This document shows positions 28,601 to 39,500 of a DNA stretch of 64,000 bases, piece by piece. Origin of the DNA: Perna viridis (taxonomy: Eukaryota). Positions within the stretch are counted from its first letter, which is position 1. Each line of letters opens with the position of its first letter. The DNA is taken from the NCBI GenBank assembly GCA_037379345.1, contig CM074513.1, forward strand, positions 37,258,885-37,322,884, written 5' to 3'. Below the pieces are notes generated by a model, which saw nothing but the letters and a program-made list of their open reading frames with translations, did not search any database and had not been told where the DNA came from. Made by a program: the position numbers and the translations under genes.

Positions 28601-31600
28601 TATGTTCCATGTTACATGTAATTATCTATCTTTCCAGATCTGTATGGCCCTAACCTTTGTGGTCCACCATATATGTTCCATGTTACATGTTAAAATCTCT
28701 TTTCCAGATTTGTATGGCCTTAGTCATTGTGGTCCACTATATATGTTCCATGTTACATGTAATTATCTATCTTTCCAGATCTGTATGGCCCTAGTCATTG
28801 TGGTCCACTATATATGTTCCATGTTACATGTAATTATCTATCTTTCCAGATCTGTATGGCCCTAGCCATTGTGGTCCACCATATATGTTCCATGTTACAT
28901 GCCATGTTCTCAGCCAATTTACTTATGCATATGTGTTTTGCCTGCTTTGCTACTCAGGTAAGTCTTCATCATTAGTAGTTAGACATAATGGTTCATATAG
29001 AATTGCTGTGTAGACTAAATTAGAAGTTTATATTTTAATATTTATAATTAATACTGAATTGGGTACAACAACAAGTAGTTTTCTAAAAGTTAATTGTAAA
29101 AATTCAAAAACTTTCTTTTTAATTGCTTGTGTAGTCTTTAACTTTGACTGTAATAAAACAACAGAAATATGTGTTGAAAAAAAAAATGGTTCTTCGAGCA
29201 AGATACTTTTATCTGAAAGCTTTTTTATCATTGATATTGTGTTATAGTATTTAATCTTACCAAATCTTATTTTATCTCTGAGATAGATGTAAATACCTTT
29301 CTGTTTCAGTTATGTTACATCGTAGCAGCATATGCCAGTCCAAATGATATTCTGATCTATAATAAGTTTGATAATAACTATAGATGTATTGTAATGGGTC
29401 TCTTCCTGCATTACTTCTTCCTTACACAGTTTACATGGATATTAGCTCAGGTTTGTGTTCATATGTAGTATTAAGACTTTTTTCTCCAATGCTCTCTACC
29501 ATAATATTAACTTGAAATTTATGTTAACAAATTTTTTTTCAATTTTACAGAACTAAAAACATACTTCAACCTTTAAAACAGGTTAAAAAGTAAATCAAGA
29601 GAACCAGGGTTCAAACAGTAACCATAAGACATAAACCAAGGACAAGGAAAACACACAAAAAAGAATAAGAAATAATCATAATAACACATAGATAGAAACT
29701 AAAGTAAATGAGCTACCCAGACTCCACTTAATATTGAGAGTATGGACCCTGGTTCCTAAAAAATCTTCAGTGTAAAATTACTCGCAAGTTATAATGTCAT
29801 AATACTCTGATATATTATGACGTGAAAAGGACTGCTGGTAGGTATGCATTAGCTCAAGACTTGAATGCCATTGACTATGGGTTTATTTTCATTAATGAAG
29901 ATAATATAAATGTTTTTTTTTTTTTTTTTTCTTCAGGCAATGAATTACTGGAAGATTCTGGTGATGAATGATGAACATACAGACAGAAAATATGTATTCT
30001 TCTTCCTGGTAGGATGGGGTAAGTTATATCATCTAAAACATTGTTATTTATGTCAAATCAATCATTTATAGCAGATTTTTTAATAATAATATAATAGTAC
30101 CATTTTACTGAATGTGATCATTTCTCAGTAGTTGTGCCTAATAAAAATTGAAATACAGTTCTATCAGAAAATTCTCTTTGGTAAATACCTTTTAAACTCT
30201 ATTTGCTGTATTTCCACAAATGCCCTGTATTCATTTATGAACCTGGTTTGAGGTTCAGTTTCCCATGATACATTTCACACATAGTTTGCATTTGAAGCTA
30301 TGAAAAGGTCATACTGTAAACCAATTTATTTTCATGAGCGTTTCATTTTTTTCTAATTTTATGAGCAAAAAAATAAATGGTGAAAAAAAACTGTTGCAGA
30401 TAAGCCCTATCAGAAATGCATGTTTGAGAGGGTGTTAGTCTCAAAATTAAAAAGCACTAGAACTCATTGAACCCATGATTATGTACACTGACTATACTTG
30501 TGTTTCTATCAATTTAGGAAGTCCAGCAGTAATACTTTCCATATTCTACACCGTGACCTATAACCTTTATAAATATGTGTATGATTTACCAGTGGACCGT
30601 ATCTATGGTGATGTTAATAATAATGGACAAATGTAAGTTTTTCACAACTGAACATAATTAATATACAAAATGTCAAAGTTATGATAGCAGATATTGTTAG
30701 ATATTCTTATATATATTTCCAAATGAGTGAAAGTTGAATATCACAAAATATTAACTCAAGTTTCTTAATGAACAGAGCTGATATTTTGCGATATTCAACT
30801 TTCACAAGTTTTTAAACCTTTTTTCAATGATGCTTATGGAAAAGTAATAAAAAATGAAAAAGTACTACTTAATGTCACATTGTCCATGGTTTAATATTGC
30901 AAATTGTTTATATAGATAGAAGTGATTGACTGAATGTTCCCAGGGTAAAAATTTTAGATAATTCATACTGTGAAATAAATTCAGTAATTTCACTCTCACA
31001 CTTTCTCCTGCCAAAACGTCATATCATGAATATCAATCCTCTGTTCACAAAATTAAAAGTTAATGTTAAAAATGGCAACAAAAAATGGAGGAAATCTATA
31101 TAATAAATAGGATAATCAGTTGGTTATCGTGAATAACCAAAATATGATAACTCCTGCTTAGAACACATTAAGTCGTGCTTTGGACAATTTCGTTAAATTT
31201 AGTCTATTAATCTAGCCATTCAAGAAGTAGTTAAAACAACCAAATCATAGAGAATAGAAATAAGATACCTCTGATGAAAATTTCTTCTCATAATATCACT
31301 TCACTAAACAATCTCCCTTATCTTCATTTTCCTTAGGTCCTACTCATTCACAGTATATTTGCTGCTTCACTTACGAATAACTTCTCTGTTTTTTTTCTTT
31401 TAGGTGTTTTATGACAAATGCCTATGCTGGATTAGGAGGTTTAATCATTCCAGTGATCCTGATACTAATTGCTGTGGGTGTCGTTTTCATGAAGGCATTC
31501 CAAGTCACACCACAATGGCAGGCCTATGATGACATATACAGGGGCAGATATAATATTAATGGTATATTTTCTTACTACAGAACCATCATACATGAACTTC

Positions 31601-33445
31601 ACACCACTTTGATGATTTAGTGGTAGCATATGTCTGGAGGAAGAGAGGTTATAGGTTCAAACCAAAGCCCAGTATCATGCCTTTCTGCAGAGTATTTTTT
31701 AGTTGTGGGTTCATCGAAGTTCTGAAAGTTCTAAGTTTAAAGTTGTGGACAAATATAAACCATGGCCATCAAAATTTATCAAATGTATTTTTTGTGAATG
31801 CATGAGATATGCAAATGGATGCTTAATTACAATAAATCAATCTAACTGCAGCCACAGAGCAAATGTGTAATTATTTGAATGTAGGTAAGATCAACCCAAA
31901 AAGGAGATTGAAATCTTAGTTCGTGTTTGATAAATTTTAAAGAAGTTTTCAGGGATGACCAAATATTTACAAATATAACAAAATAAACTCCTTTTTTATC
32001 CTTTTACAAGTATGTTACCCAATTTACTCCAACTAGTCACTATTTTTGTTACTTTTCTATGAGTCATTACTATATTACAGAAATCCGTACTTTATTGTCA
32101 TTCTGGGGTGTGATTACCATGACATGGTTCTGGGGAGGATTACATCTAGCCTATGGACAACTATGGATGTTGGTTCTATTCTGTATCTTTAACATAATAC
32201 AGGTATGTAGATGGTACACTTTTTTTATTATAGAGCTTGTAATTCCAGCTTATTTTTTATCTGGTATTTATACTGTAAGAAGCATTCAAAACTAAAGATG
32301 ATTTGTATTAGTTTCCTTCTTCTATGTACATTAATGTGATACATGGTTATCAGAATTTTCTATATTGTGTTTTCATTATTGTATAAGGCAATAGGAATAA
32401 AGATTTAGTCTTTACTCAATCAAAATTGAAAAAATAACCACTTGCTATGGTTGAATGGAAAGTTGGGGACCTAATCTCATGAATTTGCTGTGTTGAGACT
32501 TACAGCCCTAAGCCAGTATACAGTAAAATAGTAACTAGTACAAAGCATTATTTCACAAGCTTAGGCACTTCTTATACATAATTGACAGAAATTTGAGGGA
32601 ATAATACAATTTTTTTTTTTTTTTTGCTTCTTCCATCTGTATTGAATACAAATACATATTTAATTGAAATCTGATCACTTATTTTGATATTTACATTTAA
32701 AACTTTTGTACTCAGGGAGTGATGGCCCTTGTATTATACACTATTCTGCGGAACCCCATGATACAGAAATGTTTTGGGCCACAGAAGTCGGGTTACCCTG
32801 CCAATACTACAGGGGATGGAGTGTCTACTAACAACCATACTAATACAATCCTAGATATCAACAGTCTTAAAGGTTCTAGAGCTTCTATATTAAATGAGGT
32901 GAGTTCTATCAAAGTATGTCAAGGTGCATTTGGTATTTTCAGAGGTTACATCTGAAATCATGAAAAAAGTATACATTTTTAAAATTTATACCCTAAAAAA
33001 ATCAAAGGAAGAATTAATATTAAAAATAAGAGGAACAAATGATTCTTAAAACTGTATCTGTTACAAAAAAAGGAAGGTATCAATGCAGATACTTAGTATT
33101 TATTTTGCAGTATATTGCTTTTAGAAGACCTTAATCCTTGTGTTTACTTGAATATTTCAGAGTTGGGAAAAGGACTCTTTACATACAAAGAGCACAATGA
33201 AAGTAAAGCGTACCTTGCCAATCAATCGTAACATTTATGTAACCCCACCAGTTTTTGTGCCATCTACGACGGTCACTGATGAAAATCCAGATGAAGATTT
33301 AGATGAACTATTGTTTGCTTTGAAAAATGACAGTTTTGTGCCAAGTGAGACTTCAAGTATTGCATCAGAGAAAACTTCAGATCTCTCAAGTAAAATTGAC
33401 AAGTATGAAATGAGGAGGATTTCTATTGCTGATACTCATTTATAG
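1..33445 (+). CDS. ADGRV1: Adhesion GPCR V1 (GPR98/VLGR1), 3' portion, many GT-AG exons; 5' end lies outside the window
   Basis: Exon translations give EAR/EPTP-like repeats (e.g. exons 365-645, 738-1003, 1407-1638), then repeated Calx-beta motifs (D-x-x-P-E-x-x-E-x-F-x-V-x-L and I-x-x-N-D-x-x-x-G-x-I-x-F) from ~2150 to ~23200, a GPS motif, seven-TM exons and a last exon ending RRISIADTHL-TAG, close to the vertebrate ADGRV1 C-terminus (RRIPIADTHL). Phases were compatible at the junctions I checked. Confidence 0.96.
1867..2083. mobile_element. MITE with terminal inverted repeats
   Basis: actgtgaaagtac ... gtactttcacagta ends plus inner inverted match (taccaattt / aaattggta); a related degenerate copy lies at ~42240-42428. 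Confidence 0.65.
2475..2787 (+). mobile_element. Non-autonomous repeat with subterminal inverted repeats, copy 1
   Basis: aggtgattcatg (2482) ... catgaatcacct (2750); clearly homologous to 20748-21122. Confidence 0.7.
5934..7450. repeat. ~35-bp minisatellite (consensus ctaaggtcttacaaagccacaatcccaatgagatt), >30 diverged copies, in an ADGRV1 intron
   Basis: Direct tandem periodicity; interrupted at 7160-7381 and resumes afterwards. Confidence 0.95.
7160..7381. mobile_element. Foldback/MITE-like element inserted in the minisatellite
   Basis: Ends caaatgtgccacacatgagaatcatatgg / ccatatgattatcatatgtggcacatttg are inverted repeats; interior made of ~11-bp catatgataat units. Confidence 0.8.
9442..9603. 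mobile_element. Palindromic MITE-like hairpin element
   Basis: aaagaaataattc..gggggtagatttgtactcattttaacatgg mirrored by ccatgttaaaatgagtacaaatctaccccc..gaattatttcttt; centre aacacc-tcgctc-ggtgtt. Confidence 0.85.
13780..14110 (+). mobile_element. Partial Helentron-associated (HINE-like) element
   Basis: Shares cctctgaaactactgg, gagttattg.cctt, aaaacatg..tg...aaaaataga and ggtgagcaattt.agg motifs with 33925-34831. Confidence 0.55.
20748..21122 (+). mobile_element. Non-autonomous repeat with subterminal inverted repeats, copy 2
   Basis: Homologous to 2475-2787 (ttcagttttatttcttgttc, gatcacataaccagtcttag, catgaatcac, gtgtctgaattttat..ggactggta). Confidence 0.7.
21497..22379 (+). repeat. ~49-bp tandem repeat, ~18 copies, unit = last 35 nt of ADGRV1 exon 21387-21531 plus 5' splice site
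   Basis: Unit gttcatggtctgata(ca)gtttactgaggactctag|gtaaataacatgggg; the first copy is the real exon end (VHGLIQFTEDS). Confidence 0.97.
24901..25070. repeat. Short diverged tandem duplication (~80-90 bp x2)
   Basis: atgaattctgttcactct...gtgaactat...ggatattatttaata...gtatgaaataat..cctgtgta occurs twice. Confidence 0.7.
28096..28300 (+). CDS. ADGRV1: ADGRV1 exon with GPS autoproteolysis motif and start of TM1
   Basis: Translates to ...W..PSGWCQVTNN...VDCSCKHLTHYAVKA..VVGYSTWFFIACFFCM. Acceptor tatag at 28091-28095, donor gtacgt at 28301. Confidence 0.92.
28393..28901 (+). repeat. 70/71-bp tandem repeat, ~7 copies, unit = 3' splice site plus first ~52 nt of ADGRV1 exon 28850-28957
   Basis: ttccag|at(c/t)tgtatggcc starts at 28497, 28567, 28638, 28708, 28779 and 28850, plus a degenerate copy near 28427. 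Confidence 0.97.
28850..32898 (+). CDS. ADGRV1: ADGRV1 7TM exons (28850-28957, 29310-29450, 29937-30018, 30518-30632, 31404-31561, 32081-32202, 32716-32898)
   Basis: Hydrophobic segments with adhesion-GPCR motifs: CIVMGLFLHYFFLTQFTWILAQ, YVFFFLVGWG.P, WFWGGLHLAYG, FNIIQG. Confidence 0.9.
33161..33445 (+). CDS. ADGRV1: ADGRV1 last coding exon with class I PDZ-binding C-terminus (DTHL)
   Basis: ttcag acceptor, then SWEKDS...DEDLDELLFALK...YEMRRISIADTHL*; AATAAA at 33474-33479. Confidence 0.92.
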   Translation, partial: SWEKDSLHTKSTMKVKRTLPINRNIYVTPPVFVPSTTVTDENPDEDLDELLFALKNDSFVPSETSSIASEKTSDLSSKIDKYEMRRISIADTHL

Positions 33446-33924
33446 TGAATGAATAATTTTAGGGTGTATTGTGAATAAATGGGTATCCTTGCTAGCTGAG
33501 GGTTACAGTCCTGTCCTCCCTCCTGTCTGGTTTGACAATTACTATCTTCGTTTAGTAGATAAGTAGTATGCATTAAGTTCTATAATTTATAAAGTATTTC
33601 ATATAAGACCAAGGTGCTCAATGAGTTATAGACATTTGGTTAAAATGGAGGGAAATTTTGACAAAGTGCTTGATTTTTTGTATATTTCAGTTGTAAATCA
33701 CTTTGATATTATTTGACACTGTATTACAAATAAGAACATATTATTTCAAAACAATCATTGTCATATTAAATACTGCAGTATATCAAAGTATCCTTTTGTC
33801 AATTACTAAACAAGTTACCATACATGTATATTTTATCATTTTTAGAATGCATTATGTGTTTAATGTGAAACCTTGAATATTGATCTTGTAATGCTTCCAC
33901 TATTGTGAGATGCAGGAATTCATT

Positions 33925-34831
33925 TTTTAGTTCACCTGGTCATGTGAGCTATTGTTATCACTTTGCGTCCGTCGTCGTGGTTAACAACTTTTCTAAACTC
34001 TTCTCCTCTGATACTACTTGCCCAAATGGAACCAAATTTGGTATGAATGTTCCTTGAGGTATCCTGCATAGAACTGGTGTGGGGATTATTTGATCTGTCA
34101 AAAAACATGGTCGTCGTTACTAAAAATAGAACATAGGGGTCAGACAGTAATTTTTTGCATACATCTCCAAAATTCTTTGGTTAAGCTGAATTCTGATGGG
34201 GCTGAAGTGTTCAGCTTGATGAGATCTATCTGTGGTCAAATTTTCTTTTTAATCCGTTACACTATGTTGGAGTTATTGCCCTTTTTCAACGTGTTTAACT
34301 ATTTTTAATGTTATTTCTTCCAAATATCTTCTTCTCTGACACGACTTTACCAATTGAAACCAAACTTTGTAAGCAAGTTCCTAGGGGTATTCTGTATAGA
34401 ACTGATGTGAGGACTTTTGATCCGTCGAAAAACATGGCCACAATTACTAAAAATAGATAATAGGGGTCAGACAGAAGTTTCTTGCATATATCTCCAAAAC
34501 ATTTAGGTTAAGCTTAATTCTTACAATAGCAGAAATGATCCTTATTATTAGGACTACAAAAGCCTTCAGGGATACAAGTTGTAAGACGACTCCTTGTAAG
34601 AGTTATTGCCCTTGAAAGGGGAAAAATGACGGGTTTTTTTTTTAGTTTTCAGCCAATATTATGAAAACTTTGATAGATAGAAACTTTCAATTGCTGAAGT
34701 GATCCTTATGATAAGTCCTATCAAAGTCTTCTTGAGTCATAATTGTTGGACAACTTCTTGTTTAATTTATTGCCCTTGAATGGCAAAATTCGAGTAGGTG
34801 AGCAATTCAGGCTCCTGGAAACCTCTTGTTT
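33925..34831 (+). mobile_element. Helentron-associated interspersed element (HINE/DINE-like) with internal tandem units
   Basis: 5' ttttagttcacctg..gtgagct..gcgtccgtcgtcgt; internal ~320-bp duplicated block (~34010 and ~34330); 3' aggtgagcaattcaggctcctggaaacctcttgtt; T-rich flanks. This layout matches my recollection of bivalve HINEs. Confidence 0.75.
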
Positions 34832-36538
34832 TATTTCATTCAAAGATGCAGTGAAACCTGTCTTAACCACACAGTTGTTGAGTCTCTCTACAAATCACAC
34901 CATTTCAAACATGAATTTATTTAAACCAAAACCGGTCATGGCTTCACTGAAAAAAGTTGGTACTGGTTTCACTGTAAATTTGACATTGTTGTATTGTGTA
35001 ATTTCTAGTCAATATATGTCACATCTAGTCAAGTTTATTATCTGTGATACCTGTTTATGTTATGTATCATCACTTAATGAGTGCAATCAAAACTAAATAA
35101 GTCATATTTTAGTAGGTTTTTTTTCAATAAAATTAAGATGTGTACTTATTATATTTTCATGAAACAGCTTACAGTAAAGCATAAGCATCTAAGCTGCCAC
35201 TGAACTTTAATTACCAGGGCATCATTTCACAAAGCACATGTAAGTTTAAGACTCCATGGTTCATGTATGCAAAAGTTTTCTTTATGATAAGAGAATGCCT
35301 TCTTCAAACCAAGTCAAATGGTTAATCCTTTATGTTCTTGACGTTTGTTAATATGACACTTGACATTCTGCATTGTTACCATTAGCCATAATCTACATAA
35401 TAGTACAAGTATGTACCATGTTTTAACTCAATATGAACAAGCACAGCATCAATGAAGCAATATTGCTACACATAACGAAGCACAAAAACATCTTAGACCT
35501 ATAACTCCTGTAAAACTTGTAACTTCAGAATGGTATAGTGCTAGAGTCAAGTAAATAAATGTACAATCATGGTGTTAAACTTTCCTATGAAATATCATGA
35601 GTTGCAGAAGAGTTCCATCCAGAATTTAAAAAATGGTAATGTACTCTGGGTGAATTCAGTGGTTTACTATGGCTTAACGTGACTGTATTAGATGGCACAG
35701 TTATTCTTCATAATACAATGGTGAATCAAACCAGCTTGTTAACTCCAGTAGTTCAACTTTATACAAATATAGTAACAACACAGTTCTGTACAGAACAGAA
35801 ATATCACGAAAAAAAACTTTATAAATATAATATTCATAAATATATTTTTAATACAAGATATAAAGAAAACCAGGAGCAATGTGTTAGATTGTCATACAGT
35901 AACATACAAAAACCCATAATTTAGATTTGTTTACATGTCTTAAGTTTCATCGTTCAAGGACTCAGTCAAATTTATCTTAATGCAATATTTTTTTTTTCCA
36001 AATGACAACTCATATGATAATAAAACTACTAAATAATACCACAGCAGTATGGACTGGACCTTTTTTAAATGAAATGATGACAATTTTTATGTTAATAACA
36101 TACTCCTACATAGCACTGATGCTGCAAAAATAATACATGTACCTATGTTTCTAACAATAAAACTCTTGATCAACAAGGCACAAAATTTGAGGAATGGTAA
36201 GACATCACAAAATATATAATACAAATTCTAAATAATGGGACATGTAAAATATTGTAAACCTGAATGCATTTAGAAAGTTTAAGGACATATTGTGACTTAA
36301 AAGTCTATAGTAAAAAATATGAACATCTTAAAAAGATATTTGGTAAGGTTATATAATATAAACTTTTACAACAATTATAACCAAACAATTATCCACTATG
36401 TCACTATCTAAAAGAGTATACAAAAAGTCCTAATATAAATGATAACAGTATTGAAAAATATGTGTCTTAATGCACCAAGTCCATTAAATGGAAGACAATA
36501 ACTTTTCGATGTCTGTTCATATTGCAATTACTGGATGT

Positions 36539-39500
36539 CTAGGAGTTCTTCTGATCAAGCTTTACTGTCACCTGTAATAGATTTAAAGAATTGATTGAAT
36601 GTTATCTAATTTCTATTTTTATGCACTTTTAGGCAGAAACATTTGATCAATTACATGAACCAATCTTTGTACCAAAACAAGCCTAATTTTACAATTCTAG
36701 CTTATAAATGCAACATTATACAAGAAGACATGTCAACCCATTGGACAAATTATTCACAATTTGAGTAATTCCGATGTCATTCTATCTTACAAATTTTATG
36801 TGCTAAGTGAAAAAACCAACAAGTTTTTGGTATGACTAAGCTAGGAATCAAATGGCTTGAACAAGATACTAGAGTATGGAATTACTATATATGCAGTCAC
36901 AAGTCAATACTAAACAATATCAACCAGAAAATCTGGCATATATTGTAGAGATATTAAGTTTGATATTCTTGCCAGTGCTGGAAATGTGGCAAAATTTTAA
37001 GAACCCAAATTCTGAAGAGATTCAATTGACCAAAGTCAGAGATAGCTTGAATGGCTTTCATAATTTTATAAAGTCAATAATCATTAACTGGCATTTAAAA
37101 TAGCATCCTTCTTATAGTCTTATGTAATATCTACTTAAAACTAAATTTTTTGTGGTTACAAATGATTATCATTCAATGTTTTCTTTAAAAGAATGTTTAG
37201 TGCCCCGTTAATAATAAATTTGGATGACTATTATGAATAAAAAAAAAATTCAAAAAAGAAGAACATGAACAATATACAATCCATGAACTTTTGTGTTGAT
37301 TTTGTACTCACACATTTGACTTCAGTATAAGCTTCCAAACCATATTCTCCAAGTTCTCTCCCTTGACCAGACATCTTGTAGCCGCCGAATGGAGCAGCAG
37401 CATCAAATACATCATAACAGTTAACCCTTAAAATAAAAAATCGAATACATCATAACAGTTCACCCTTAAAATAAAAACTCAAATACATCCTAACAGTTCA
37501 CCCTTAAACTAAAAACTCAAATACATCCTAACAGTTCACCCTTAAACTAAAAACTCAAATACATCCTAACAGTTCACCCTTAAAATAAAAACTCAAATAC
37601 ATGGTCATTATGTTTCCTCCTAAAAACTGAGGAATAAGTAAAGATTATCTTAACATTTATCAAAATAAATAGCATTACTACTGCACATAATGTTTTTGTC
37701 CTTTTTTTTTCTGTGACTGAAGTCCCCCAATGCTAAAGAAAATTTTAGAAAACAAAGAAAAACCTTCCATGAAAACAATTGCTGATCTTTAGTTTACAGT
37801 AAAAATTGGCTGAAAACTTCAAACATTCCCTAAAGGTAAATTGACAAATAGCATGTTGTTATGGCTACTTACCAAACAGTTCCAGCTCTAAGACTGTTAA
37901 TCAAGTAATTAGCCTTGTCCAAATCTTTAGTGTGAACAGCAGCTGCCAGACCATAGTGGTTCTTGTTGGCTCTCTCTATCAGCTCCTCCATGTTCTTAAA
38001 CTTCATAATGGGCATCACTGGACCAAAGATCTATAGATATAATTAGAAACATTGCAATTCAAAGATTTCAGTAACTATATAGTTCAATTGTAACTAGTTC
38101 TGTGATAAAATACACAGTCGGAATTGAACAGACTTGTTAGTTCGAAAAACTCGTACAAATGACCATATAGTTCAACCTATTCATCATGTATTTGTGGTTT
38201 TAACTTGTTTCCTTGTTTTTGATGAGAAAGAGGTTATGAACTAAAATACTAGAAATAAAAAAGATTCCACTCCACAAGAAGAAGTTGATATTGTGTATTG
38301 TGAAATAATATTTTTCCAAAATTATCCTTCACTACATTGCACAGTTTTTAAGATTTTGAGCTCACAAAGTCGGTGATATTTCATAAATGGTATAACAATT
38401 ACAAAAATATTTAACCAAATGTTACAAAAATATATTATGCATATCTTCTGGTAGTAATTATACATGCATGAAAGTTCAGGTCAGTACTATGTCCTTTTTT
38501 AAAAACTTTATGCTAACAAATATTGATGACGGACCAACAGACATGCAAGTAGACAGACAGACATGTAGATAGGCAGGCATACATATGGACAGATAGTGAT
38601 AAATATGGGTACTTGCATCTGTTACGCAAGGTCATAACTGGAGCCCCACTGAAATAAAACTTTTAAATAAAAGAAACATAAAACAGTACAGTATACACCA
38701 TAAAATAAATGTACATTTCATTATCATTAAAGAAGATATGAGTAAAATCAAAATATCCCATACCTCCTCATTAGCTATCGCCATGTTGTCTGTGACATCA
38801 GCAAATACTGTGGGTTGTACAAAGTATCCTTTATCTCCAATTTGACCTCCACCTGTTGTCATCTTGGCCCCCTGAGCCTTTCCAGTATCGATGTACTTCA
38901 ATACAGTATTAAACTGGTCCTGGTCAATCTATAAATGGTGTATATTGTCATTTCAAAGGCAGACATTAAATCAGCTTGGGATGAAATAGGTACAGAAAGT
39001 GTTAGGTGCATGAAATGTTTTATAAAATATAAACAGTTTTGTAACATGATCATCAACAAATATCAACAATTGTAAGCATTAATGAAATTGTAGTCCAATA
39101 CCTTATAATCATCACTTCATACTTGTTAATTAATTGGAACTTATGCTGTAAACAAGACCTGAAACCTTCAATGAGTCTAAATTAAAGAACAAATATTTGA
39201 AACCCTGAATGAACCAGTAACCTGTGTAAACCTAATATTTTCTAAAGTACTTTTATATCAGTTTCAATACATTTTGAACCTGTAAAAGGAAGCACATGCA
39301 CCAACCAAACAAATCTCTAAAGTCTAAAAACGTACTTGGTTTAAACAGCATTCAACTATTGATGAAAACATATGCTATAATGAGTTATTGTTGTGACTTG
39401 AATGGCTTGATATGCTACAAACTGTTTTATTAATGTCAACTGTCACAAACCTGTGGTCCCTGTTCAGTAGAGCTTAAGAACGGGTCTCCAACAGTTCTCT

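Noticed and set aside
28422-28865. 147-aa Cys/His-rich repetitive ORF as a novel gene
   Set aside because: It is the translation of the exon-junction minisatellite; the 141-bp dimer keeps a frame open, and the ORF starts at TTG.
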